From an uncultured Alphaproteobacteria bacterium (lineage in GTDB: Bacteria; Pseudomonadota; Alphaproteobacteria; Caulobacterales; Hyphomonadaceae), in contig CAVQYJ010000008.1 in assembly GCA_963718145.1 (NCBI GenBank), forward strand, positions 87,066 through 151,065: a DNA stretch of 64,000 nt. Reading direction: 5' to 3'. The position numbers and the translations under genes were made by a program. Under the pieces are notes generated by a model that was given only the letters and a program-made list of their open reading frames with translations, did no database searches and was not told the origin of the DNA. Shown piece after piece: positions 9,448-17,118 of the stretch. The first letter of the stretch is position 1. Every line of letters begins with the position of its first letter.

Positions 9448-9921
9448 GAGACGAGATCCTGCTTGCGGCGAAATTTCACTGGCGCCTCGCCCATCGAATC
9501 GAACAGGCCGTCCATTTCGTCGCCGCGGTTGTTGATGGTGACGTGGAAATTGTCGGGGGCGTAGCGGCGGTCCATGCCCTGCATCAGTTCCTTGGGCTCG
9601 ACGCTGACGATGCGGTCGACCTTGCTGATGATGTCGAGCTTCGCGCCGACCTGTTTGGCGCTGCAGGACTGGTCGGTGTTGATGGTGCGGATGACGCCGC
9701 CGGTGCAGGCCTGCACGGCGCGGAAGGTGCACGCGAACTGGTCCTTGCGGTCGGTCTCGCGGATTTTCATTTCGCCGGAGATGGTGCACGAGTCGTTGAG
9801 CACGTCGGTCTTGAAATTCCACACGCCTTCAGGCGAGGGCGGCTTCTTGAGTTGCGCGAATCGCCGCGGGCGCCGCGATAGCGGAGGCGGCGAGCGCGGC
9901 AAGGAGTACGGCGCGCCTCAC
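9444..9921 (-). pseudogene. secreted 4-Cys protein, paralog 2 of 4; 1-nt frame break between signal peptide and mature part
   Basis: The GTG at 9921 overlaps the paralog 3 stop (GTGA) and encodes 'VRRAVLLAALAASAIAAPAA'. The mature part 'FAQLKKPPSPEGVWNFKTD...VKFRRKQDLVS' is in another frame (ORF 9444..9902). The span is 478 nt = 3n+1, with the break near 9855-9865. Confidence 0.7.
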
Positions 9922-10445
9922 GACACGAGGTCCTTGTCGCGCCAGAAGCGGACATCGGCCTGGTTGATCGACTTGAACGAGCCGACGAGATCGCCATTCC
10001 TGGCCGCGCGCACGCGGAAATTGTCGGGACGGTAGCTGTCATTGGCGATGATCGCGGCTTTGTACTCAGCGGGGAAGGTGGCGACGATCTGTTCAACCTT
10101 GCTGACGATCGCGAATTCGCCGGCGGTCTCGCTGACACTGCAGGACTGCTTCACCTCGCTCCAGGTGCGGCTCGCGCCTTCGCCGCATTCCTCGCGCGAG
10201 ACGAAGGTGCAGGCATAGCCGGCGGATTTCGGCACGGGGATGAAGCTGATCTCGCCCGAGATCGTGCAGCCCTTGTTGCGCAGTTCGGTCTTGAACTGCC
10301 AGCGGCCGGAGATGTCGATGGGTTTGTCCGGCTTGCCCGCCTGCGCCAGCGCGCCGCCGGTGGCGAGGACAGGGACAAGAACCAGGGCGAGCGATACGAC
10401 AAGAGACCCGAGCGCATTGGGGCGCGGAAGAGACAGATGCTTCAT
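9918..10445 (-). CDS. secreted 4-Cys protein, paralog 3 of 4
   Basis: 175 aa with signal peptide 'SLVVSLALVLVPVLATGGALAQA', then 'GRWQFKTELRNKGCTISGE...YACTF...C....KQSC...RPDNFRV...VRFWRDKDLVS'. Confidence 0.75.
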   Translation of the reverse strand: MKHLSLPRPNALGSLVVSLALVLVPVLATGGALAQAGKPDKPIDISGRWQFKTELRNKGCTISGEISFIPVPKSAGYACTFVSREECGEGASRTWSEVKQSCSVSETAGEFAIVSKVEQIVATFPAEYKAAIIANDSYRPDNFRVRAARNGDLVGSFKSINQADVRFWRDKDLVS

Positions 10446-10465
10446 GCCGCCCCCATGCTCGCGCC

Positions 10466-10948
10466 CTATGAGATCAGTTCGATGTCGCGCCAGAACCGCG
10501 CTTTCAGCTGGCGTTGCGCGTCATAGTGCTGGCCGATCATCTCGCTGAGGTTCTTCTGCATCTGCACGATGAAGTTGTCGGCGAGATAGCTTTCGAAGGC
10601 GATCAGCGGATCGAGCTTCGGCTTGCGGTCGAGGATCTTGTCGACCTGGGTCTTGATCGCGATCTGCTTGCCGACCTTCTGCGCCGTGCAGGACTGCTGC
10701 ACCTTGATGTAGAGGTTGTTCGACAGGGGGCCGCAGATCTGCTCGCTCTCGAACTTGCAGGAATAGGTGTTCTTGACCGATGTCTCCGTGAAGCGGATGC
10801 GGCCGGAAATCTGGCAGTCGCCGGCGAACTTGGACGTGTCGAACAGCCAGTCTCCGGTCAGTTCATCGGCCGCGAAAGCGGGCATGGCCGCCGAGAGGGC
10901 GACCACGCTTCCGAACACCGCGGCAAGACGTTTCAGGCCGCGGGTCAT
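10466..10948 (-). CDS. secreted 4-Cys protein, paralog 4 of 4
   Basis: 160 aa with signal peptide 'LAAVFGSVVALSAAMPAFA', then 'GDWLFDTSKFAGDCQISGR...YSCKF...C....QQSC...LADNFIV...ARFWRDIELIS'. The ATG at 10948 overlaps the nadA stop (ATGA). Confidence 0.75.
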   Translation of the reverse strand: MTRGLKRLAAVFGSVVALSAAMPAFAADELTGDWLFDTSKFAGDCQISGRIRFTETSVKNTYSCKFESEQICGPLSNNLYIKVQQSCTAQKVGKQIAIKTQVDKILDRKPKLDPLIAFESYLADNFIVQMQKNLSEMIGQHYDAQRQLKARFWRDIELIS

Positions 10949-12099
10949 ATGAGTTCCAGCGGGCGCCTTGGCGCGGTCTCCGCGGCGCTGCCGATCGCGA
11001 ACTTCGGGAAGTCCTTCGGCTTGGGAAGCGCGAGCATCGCGTCGATCGCCGCTTTCGCGCGCAGGCGCACGTCCTCCGGCACCGTCACCTCGTGCTTCAT
11101 CTCGACGAGAGCATCGTAGATGTTCTCCAGCGAGATCCGCTTCATGTGAGGGCAGAGATTGCATGGTTTCACAAACTCCACGCCGGGGTTTTCCGCGGCT
11201 ACGTTGTCGCTCATCGAGCACTCGGTGAGCAGGACGACCTTTTTGAGGCCGGACTGCCTAACGTAATGCGCGAGCGCTGAAGTGGAGCCTGCAAAGTCGG
11301 CTTCTTCAAGGACATCCGGGGGACATTCCGGGTGGGCGAGCACAATTACGCCCGGATGCGCCTCGCGAATCTGCCTTACATCTTCGCCAGAAAACTTCTC
11401 GTGGACCTCGCAACGGCCCTTCCAGGCGATGATCTGGATATCGGTGTTGGCGGCAACATTCTTCGCCAGGAATTCGTCGGGGATGAGGATCACCTTGTCC
11501 GTGCCCCACTTGGCCGCGACGTGCTCGACGACCTGGACCGCGTTGGACGAGGTGCAGGTGATGTCGCATTCGGCTTTCACGTCGGCCGTGGTGTTGACGT
11601 AGGTGACGATCGGCAGGCCTGGATAGCGGGCGCGGATCAGGCGGACGTCGGCCCCCGTCACCGAAGCCGCCAGCGAACAGCCGGCGCGCAGATCGGGGAT
11701 CAGCACCGTCTTGTCGGGACTGAGGATTTTGCTCGTTTCGGCCATGAAATGGACGCCGGCCTGGACGATGATTTTCGCGTCCGTCCGGGCGGCTTCGCGG
11801 GCGAGTTGCAGGGAATCCCCCCGGAAATCGCCAACAAGGGCGAAGACGTCAGGCGTCATGTAGTTGTGGGCGAGGATGACCGCGCCGCGCTGTTTCTTCA
11901 GCTTGTTGATATGGAAGACGAAGGGGGCCACCGCGGGCCACTCCATGGGCGTCACGAAGTCCTTCACCTGCTCGTACAGGTGGTCGGTCGCGGCTTTCAC
12001 TTCGTCATTGTAGGCCAGCCCGCGCTTCTCGGCGGCGGTGGGGCGGCGGCGGGCGGCGGGGATATCGCAACCTTGGCCGAATTCGATGATGCGGGCCAT
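10945..12099 (-). CDS. nadA: quinolinate synthase
   Basis: 384 aa with 'AVILAHNYMTPDVF', 'VHFMAETSKILSP', 'PDLRAGCSLA' and 'TYVNTTADVKAECDITCTSSNAV'. The start is taken at 'MARIIEF' (12099) within ORF 10945..12147. Confidence 0.93.
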   Translation of the reverse strand: MARIIEFGQGCDIPAARRRPTAAEKRGLAYNDEVKAATDHLYEQVKDFVTPMEWPAVAPFVFHINKLKKQRGAVILAHNYMTPDVFALVGDFRGDSLQLAREAARTDAKIIVQAGVHFMAETSKILSPDKTVLIPDLRAGCSLAASVTGADVRLIRARYPGLPIVTYVNTTADVKAECDITCTSSNAVQVVEHVAAKWGTDKVILIPDEFLAKNVAANTDIQIIAWKGRCEVHEKFSGEDVRQIREAHPGVIVLAHPECPPDVLEEADFAGSTSALAHYVRQSGLKKVVLLTECSMSDNVAAENPGVEFVKPCNLCPHMKRISLENIYDALVEMKHEVTVPEDVRLRAKAAIDAMLALPKPKDFPKFAIGSAAETAPRRPLELI

Positions 12100-12137
12100 G
12101 ATCAGCCTCCAGGCGAGCCAGGAGCGGGAGTTCGCTC

Positions 12138-12158
12138 TTGTGCTCAAACTGAGTATAA
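12138..12158. promoter_or_regulatory. 21-nt imperfect palindrome TTGTGCTCA-AAC-TGAGTATAA, candidate NadQ operator 39 nt upstream of nadA
   Basis: The palindrome was read directly. It matches my recollection of the NadQ motif (TTAT.CTCA-N3-TGAG.ATAA) from comparative-genomics reconstructions. A NadQ-like gene is at 14379..15329. Confidence 0.5.
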
Positions 12159-12216
12159 GATGGGCCCGAAAAAATGGCCTTCAAGGGAAAGGCCGTCACC
12201 GGTTTGTAAGCCCTAC

Positions 12217-12237
12217 TTAAGCTCAACTTGAGCAAAA
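12217..12237. promoter_or_regulatory. second palindrome TTAAGCTCA-ACT-TGAGCAAAA (perfect GCTCA-N3-TGAGC core), candidate NadQ operator
   Basis: Read directly. It lies 79 nt from the first site in the same nadA upstream spacer. Confidence 0.45.
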
Positions 12238-12307
12238 GGATAATGTCACAAAAGGCAAGTGCGGTCGAGAGGCATAATTTGCCCGGACCTCAATCGGTGA
12301 TCCTGTC

Positions 12308-12883
12308 TCAGCCGTTCGGCCGACAGGACGAGAAGGCCACGCCCTGCGCCTTGAAGACATTGGCGAGAAAGGCCGCGCGGCGGCCCGTGGTGCGCTTGTA
12401 GATCACGACCACGTAGGGATACGCGCCGGGGGTGCAGTACGTGGTGCGTTCGGCGTCGCCCTTGGCGGACGTATCGACCTGGCCCCGAGTGAAGGCGGCG
12501 CGCGCCTGCATCAGCGCGAGGGCGGCGTCGGAGAGCTGCTGCGGATTGCCCATCTCGATCGACATCGAGCAGGCGCCGCCGGGCAACAGCATCACATAGG
12601 CGATGTTCTGCGTGCTGATCCGCCAGGCGTCGGTGGCGGTAGGGGAGCCCGTCTTGCTTGCCGGGACGATGGGCTTTGCATCCGGCATGGCGGCCATGAG
12701 ATCGCGCAGCGGCTTGCCCTCCATGATGCTGGTGAGACAGCCGCCGTCGAGCGCCTGCTTCTGCAGGGCGAGGGCTGGGCGCATGATGGTCCCGGAGCTT
12801 TCGAGGTCGAGGCGCGCGCTGTCCACCATGCCGGTGCAGGCAGATGCCGCCAGGACGGCGAGGCATGCGACGGCGTGGCGCAT
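12308..12883 (-). CDS. hypothetical lipoprotein
   Basis: Start at 'MRHAVACLAVLAASAC' (lipobox LAASAC) within ORF 12308..13033. No family was recognised. Confidence 0.55.
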   Translation of the reverse strand: MRHAVACLAVLAASACTGMVDSARLDLESSGTIMRPALALQKQALDGGCLTSIMEGKPLRDLMAAMPDAKPIVPASKTGSPTATDAWRISTQNIAYVMLLPGGACSMSIEMGNPQQLSDAALALMQARAAFTRGQVDTSAKGDAERTTYCTPGAYPYVVVIYKRTTGRRAAFLANVFKAQGVAFSSCRPNG

Positions 12884-13200
12884 GAGATCCTGCCAACAAC
12901 GCGGAACGCTGGTCGCTGCTTCGAATGGTGTCAATCGACGACGAGCGACATGAACGGATGTCCTCTTCCCACGAGCGGGAGTATAGTGATCTCCGGAAAT
13001 AATTCGCAGACTTTTGGCCCGGCTCCGGTGCACAAGTTAGAGCGGCAGGGAAGCGGACGCTTCGTGCCGTTTGTCATCTTTCCTGGCTAAGACGCTGATT
13101 GGCCCAATCCTGACATTTGAAAGAGCCGCTTCGGATCGCGTTGCAAGATGGTGCTTTGGGAATATTCTTCAGAACGCGTTTGTTGGGTTGGGGTGATTCA

Positions 13201-14222
13201 ATGCGCTTTGCAGCTGTGACGGCCTTCGCGCTTTTGATTGCGACGCTCTCGTCGTGCACGCTCCTGATTCCCGCGCGCAGCTTTGACCTCTACACGACGC
13301 CACAGCAGCGCGTTGCGATCGGGGCTGACCGTCACATCCACATGGTGTGCATGGGAGATGGAAGCCCGACGGTAATCTCAGTGCGGGCGCCAGCGGATGG
13401 TCAGCCGATTGGCGCCTGGTTCAACCCAAGATCGCCTGGACCACGAAGGTGTGCGCCTGGGATCGCGCCGGCCACGGCTTCAGCAGTGGCAGCCCTGACC
13501 CGCAGGACATCCTCCATACTGAAGACGATCTTGAGCGGGCGCTTGCCGCCGTGAGACTGGATGGCCCTCTGGTGATGGTCGCTCACTCGCTGGGCGCCTT
13601 CGAGACACTCCTCTTCGCCGACCGCCACCCAGATCGCGTAGCGGCCATGGTGCTGGTCGATCCATCGACGCCGGATCAGGTCGAAGAGTATGCACGTGCC
13701 GCGCCGGCGCTCATGGCTTGGTCCGCGAAATCGGACGAGCAGTCTTTCGACCGGGTCCGCTCGTGCATCAGGGCACAGAGACGCGCCGGCGAAGGTCCGC
13801 CGCCTGACTGCGCCAGCCTCCATTCCTACTACCCGGAACCGCTGCGCACAAATCTCCTCATGGCCGCGAATGAGCCCGTGTACTGGGAGGCGTACCTGTC
13901 GCTCTTCGGCCTGCGCGAGCGCAATTCGAAATTGGTGATCAATGAAAAGCGGAACTATGGGGCGATGCCGCTGATCGTGCTGAACGCTGGTCTCTACAGC
14001 TTTCCAGCGGCGCCGGCGGAGGCGCAAAGAGAGGCCCCGGCTTTAAGGACCGTGATCACGGCCGGGCACGAAGCGATAGCGCGCCTGTCCAGCCGCGGCG
14101 TCATGGAGACGGTCCCGGACTCTGCTCACGGGATCGCCGTCCAGAAGCCGCAGGTTGTTATCGAAGCAATCGAAAGGGCTATCGACGCAGCTCGAGCGAA
14201 CGCCACAGCGCTTCATCCCTGA
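13201..14222 (+). pseudogene. alpha/beta hydrolase with lipoprotein-type signal peptide; 1-nt frame break near 13375-13380
   Basis: 'MRFAAVTAFALLIATLSSC...RHIHMVCMGDGSPTVI' (frame of 13117..13554) continues as 'SAGASGWSADWRLVQPKIAWTTKVCAWDRAGHGFSS...VAHSLGAF' (frame of 13347..14222). The span is 1022 nt = 3n+2. Confidence 0.75.
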
Positions 14223-14378
14223 ACGAACTCGCGAGCGGGACGAGATTTGGAGGGGTGCGAACGGCAGCTGAGAGGCGATTTCCTGCCGCTTCGCAGTAGT
14301 CGGAATCTGGGCTGCTGCCGGGTTCAAGGACACAGAGTTAGGGTTTTGTGGCGGGACAGGCAGCAGCACAGAGAGACG

Positions 14379-15329
14379 CTATCCTCTCGGCGTCTGGACG
14401 CCCGAAACGTGGCCTTCGCGGAGGGCTTCGCTGCGGAAGCGGAAGAGTTCGGCAGGGCGGCCGCCGGTGGCCTGCGTGAAGCTGCCGAGGCCTTCGACGA
14501 GGCCTGAATGGTTCAGGGACCTCCTGAAGTTCTGCTTGTGCAGCGGCAGGCCGAGCAGCGACTCCACAACGCGCTGCAGGTCCGACAGTGTGAACCGGTC
14601 GGGCATCAGTTCGAACACGACCGGGCGGTATTTGATCTTGCCACGCAGGCGGCCGATGGCGGTGGCTAGGATGCGGCGGTGGTCGGAGATCATCGGCTCG
14701 CCGAGCGCCGCGGCAGGGATTTTGGGAGGCTTCTGCTTGCGGTCGCGGGCGGCTTCCGGGGCGAGGCCGGCTTCGTACAGGAGTTCGTAACGCTCGAGCG
14801 TGCGCTCCTCGATCCATGGGCGGCCGTCGAGACCGAAGGCGAGCTGGGCGCGGGTGAGGCGTTCGGCGGCGCCCTTGCTGGCCTCCGACCACGAGGCGAG
14901 GGCGGGGCCGATGGCATGATCGATGATTCCGGGTCGGCCCTTGCGGTGGTCTTCCCAGGGAAAGTGCCGGTACCAGTCGCGCCACACGGCGTCGAATGCG
15001 GATATGTCGGTTCGTTCAGGGGTAAGGCCGAGATAGCCCACGGAGATGAGGCGCGCGCCGGTGGGCGCATCGCCGAGTTCGGCCTGCGGGAGTTCGCGCC
15101 CACGATCGCCGAATGTGTAGAGCTGTTCGACATAGCCGGGTTCGAAGCCGGTCTGGGCGCGGACCCAGTCGCGCAGGCCGAGTTCGAAGGTGCGGTGGCC
15201 CTGCGGGTCGAACACGCCGTGAGGCAGGCCCGTGCCGCCGTCGGGAATCCGGGTTTCGAGGGCGTAGGGGCCTTCGGCGTCAGCGGCGACGATCACGGCG
15301 GACAGGCCCACGGCGATTGGGGTCGTCAT
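14379..15329 (-). CDS. nadQ: NadQ/NrtR-type regulator: degenerate Nudix-like domain plus C-terminal winged helix
   Basis: The C-terminus 'FELMPDRFTLSDLQRVVESLLGLPLHKQNFRRSLNHSGLVEGLGSFTQATGGRPAELFRFR' has the NrtR/NadQ wHTH pattern. The N-terminal 'RTFELGLRDWVRAQTG' is a Nudix box lacking the catalytic EE. The gene lies 2.2 kb from nadABC. Confidence 0.65.
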   Translation of the reverse strand: MTTPIAVGLSAVIVAADAEGPYALETRIPDGGTGLPHGVFDPQGHRTFELGLRDWVRAQTGFEPGYVEQLYTFGDRGRELPQAELGDAPTGARLISVGYLGLTPERTDISAFDAVWRDWYRHFPWEDHRKGRPGIIDHAIGPALASWSEASKGAAERLTRAQLAFGLDGRPWIEERTLERYELLYEAGLAPEAARDRKQKPPKIPAAALGEPMISDHRRILATAIGRLRGKIKYRPVVFELMPDRFTLSDLQRVVESLLGLPLHKQNFRRSLNHSGLVEGLGSFTQATGGRPAELFRFRSEALREGHVSGVQTPRG

Positions 15330-15850
15330 TTTTTCTCGCCGTAAGACGACGGGATCGAGAAAGGCTGGGCTTGCTCCGCCGCATAGCCGCGTCCCATGGC
15401 TTCGATGGCGGCTGTCATGCGGCCGCCGCGGCCGAGGATGTCGTCGGCGTGGGCCACGAGGCGGCGGTTGGGAGAGGCGGTCCTGGAGGCGGCGCGGATG
15501 GCGCCGGCGATCTCCGCCTCATCCGTTGACGGATTGTGAACGCAGGCGGTGATGAAGGCGCTGGCGGTCGAGCGCGAGATGCCGGCCCAGCAATGGATCA
15601 GCATCGGCGCCTTGCGGTCCCAGGTCTCGACAAAGCCGATCAGGCGTTCGGCATCGCCGATGTCGGGCGCGCGCCAGTCGAGCGTGTCTTCCGTGATGTC
15701 GTGGATCGCGACCTGGAGGTGGCTGTCGGCCGCCAGCGCGGCAAAGCTGGGGAAGGTGTCGTAGGGCGACAGCAGGCTGACCACCCGCGATGGCCGGTGC
15801 CTGTCCACGAGCGAGGGCGCGAGGGCGAGGGAGGAAATCCAGATCGACAC
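15326..15850 (-). CDS. Cys-based phosphatase (tyrosine-phosphatase-family protein)
   Basis: CX5R(S/T) P-loop 'HCWAGISRST'. 174 aa. The stop overlaps the nadQ start (ATGA). Confidence 0.65.
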   Translation of the reverse strand: MSIWISSLALAPSLVDRHRPSRVVSLLSPYDTFPSFAALAADSHLQVAIHDITEDTLDWRAPDIGDAERLIGFVETWDRKAPMLIHCWAGISRSTASAFITACVHNPSTDEAEIAGAIRAASRTASPNRRLVAHADDILGRGGRMTAAIEAMGRGYAAEQAQPFSIPSSYGEKK

Positions 15851-15853
15851 GGC

Positions 15854-16510
15854 CTAGCCTCCCTTTCCCATGTCCAGTTCCGCCATCAGGGCCTCGAACC
15901 GGGCCAGAAACAAGGCCTGCGCCTCCGTTGGCGACAGCGGCGTCATGTCCGGCGCAGGCCCCGGCGGAGGGGCGCCGAAAAAGGTGAGCGCTTCGTCAAT
16001 ATTGAAGCCGGCGAGACGCGTGGCCTCGTAGAAGGCGGCGGCCTGGTCGCACTGCTTGATGCGGGACTTTACCTCGTCCGGCATGCGCGGGCTGAGGCCG
16101 AAGCGCAGGCGGATGGCCGCATCCAGCCGGGCCTCGAACTGGCGGTAGTCGACGCCCAGCGCCGTCTTGAACGGCGAGATCATGTCTCCGATCACATATT
16201 CCGGAGCATCGTGCAGCAGCGCGCCGAGCTGGTCGGCGGCGGACGTCGCGGGCCACAGCTCGCCGATGAAATATTCCACGAGGACAGAATGCTGGGCCAC
16301 GGAAAACGCATGCTCGCCCTTGGTCTGGCCGTTCCAGCGGGCGACGCGGGCGAGGCCGTGGGCGATATCCTCGATCTCGATGTCGAGCGGGGAGGGGTCC
16401 AGCAGGTCGAGCCGGCGGCCCGACAGCATGCGCTGCCACGCCCGCGGACTGCCCGGGACTTGCGATTTCCGGCCATTTGAACCGCTCTTGCTGGAAGGGT
16501 TTTGGGCCAT
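15854..16510 (-). CDS. HD-domain phosphohydrolase (YfbR-like nucleotidase fold)
   Basis: 'FSVAQHSVLV' and 'GALLHDAPEYVIGDMISPFK' form an H...HD...D pattern. An alternative GTG start is at 16519. The gene ends 3 nt from the phosphatase gene. Confidence 0.65.
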   Translation of the reverse strand: MAQNPSSKSGSNGRKSQVPGSPRAWQRMLSGRRLDLLDPSPLDIEIEDIAHGLARVARWNGQTKGEHAFSVAQHSVLVEYFIGELWPATSAADQLGALLHDAPEYVIGDMISPFKTALGVDYRQFEARLDAAIRLRFGLSPRMPDEVKSRIKQCDQAAAFYEATRLAGFNIDEALTFFGAPPPGPAPDMTPLSPTEAQALFLARFEALMAELDMGKGG

Positions 16511-16748
16511 GCTCCGCACCTGCCATCGAAATTATTTCGCACGCAAGCGGAACTGGCGATTCAGGGGCCTGTTGAATTCGCGCAGAACGCAACCGCGCAT
16601 GGCCGCGGGCCGCTCGATCCGAGCACCGATGCCGGCAAGAACCCTTTCCACAGAAATTGCGAAGAGTTACTCGCGAGCAAGCTTTGCGTCAGGGTTTCTT
16701 AAAGCCGCTCGCGTAGGTTGACCTCAATTCGCGGGAGAACAGCGGAAC

Positions 16749-16898
16749 ATGTGGGAATGGGTGGTTGATGTGGCGCAGTCCCCCGCGCTGCACTGGTCAG
16801 TGGTCGCTGCTGCGGTGCTGGCCCTTGTCTACAAGGTGCTCACGGAAGGTGACGGCCTCCTGATGGGCGACATGTACGGAGACGATCTCGACATCTGA
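16749..16898 (+). CDS. possible 49-aa small membrane protein (below the ORF-track cutoff)
   Basis: 'MWEWVVDVAQSPALHWSVVAAAVLALVYKVLTEGDGLLMGDMYGDDLDI*' has one hydrophobic helix and an acidic tail. About 78% G/C at third codon positions. GGGAGA lies about 11 nt upstream. The ORF sits in an otherwise empty 600-nt spacer. Confidence 0.3.
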   Translation: MWEWVVDVAQSPALHWSVVAAAVLALVYKVLTEGDGLLMGDMYGDDLDI

Positions 16899-16987
16899 CC
16901 GGTTGACCGGGCGATGCATTTGCACCGCCTGCTCCGGCCTGTTGTCGTTCACAAGACGCCGGCAAAGGCGCGGGTGATTGGGAGGAA

Positions 16988-17017
16988 GGGCGGCTTTGAG
17001 GAGCCGCCCTTTCGATT
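16988..17017 (+). terminator. hairpin GGGCGGCT-ttgagg-AGCCGCCC followed by TTTCGATT
   Basis: A perfect 8-bp GC-rich stem was read directly. The T-tract is short. Confidence 0.35.
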
Positions 17018-17118
17018 CAGGGCAAACCGGCCGGCGCTTGGCGTTTTTCGGCCGCGGGTCCATAGAGGCGCCAGAATTCCTGGCCGGATATTCTGGCCCG
17101 TTCTTCCGGGACGCCAAC

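Noticed and set aside
16666-16681. GTTACTCGCGAGCAAG upstream of the HD/phosphatase/nadQ operon as a third NadQ site (autoregulation)
   Set aside because: It lacks the GCTCA-N3-TGAG core and spacing seen in the two nadA sites, and the resemblance is only a short CTCG/CGAG palindrome.
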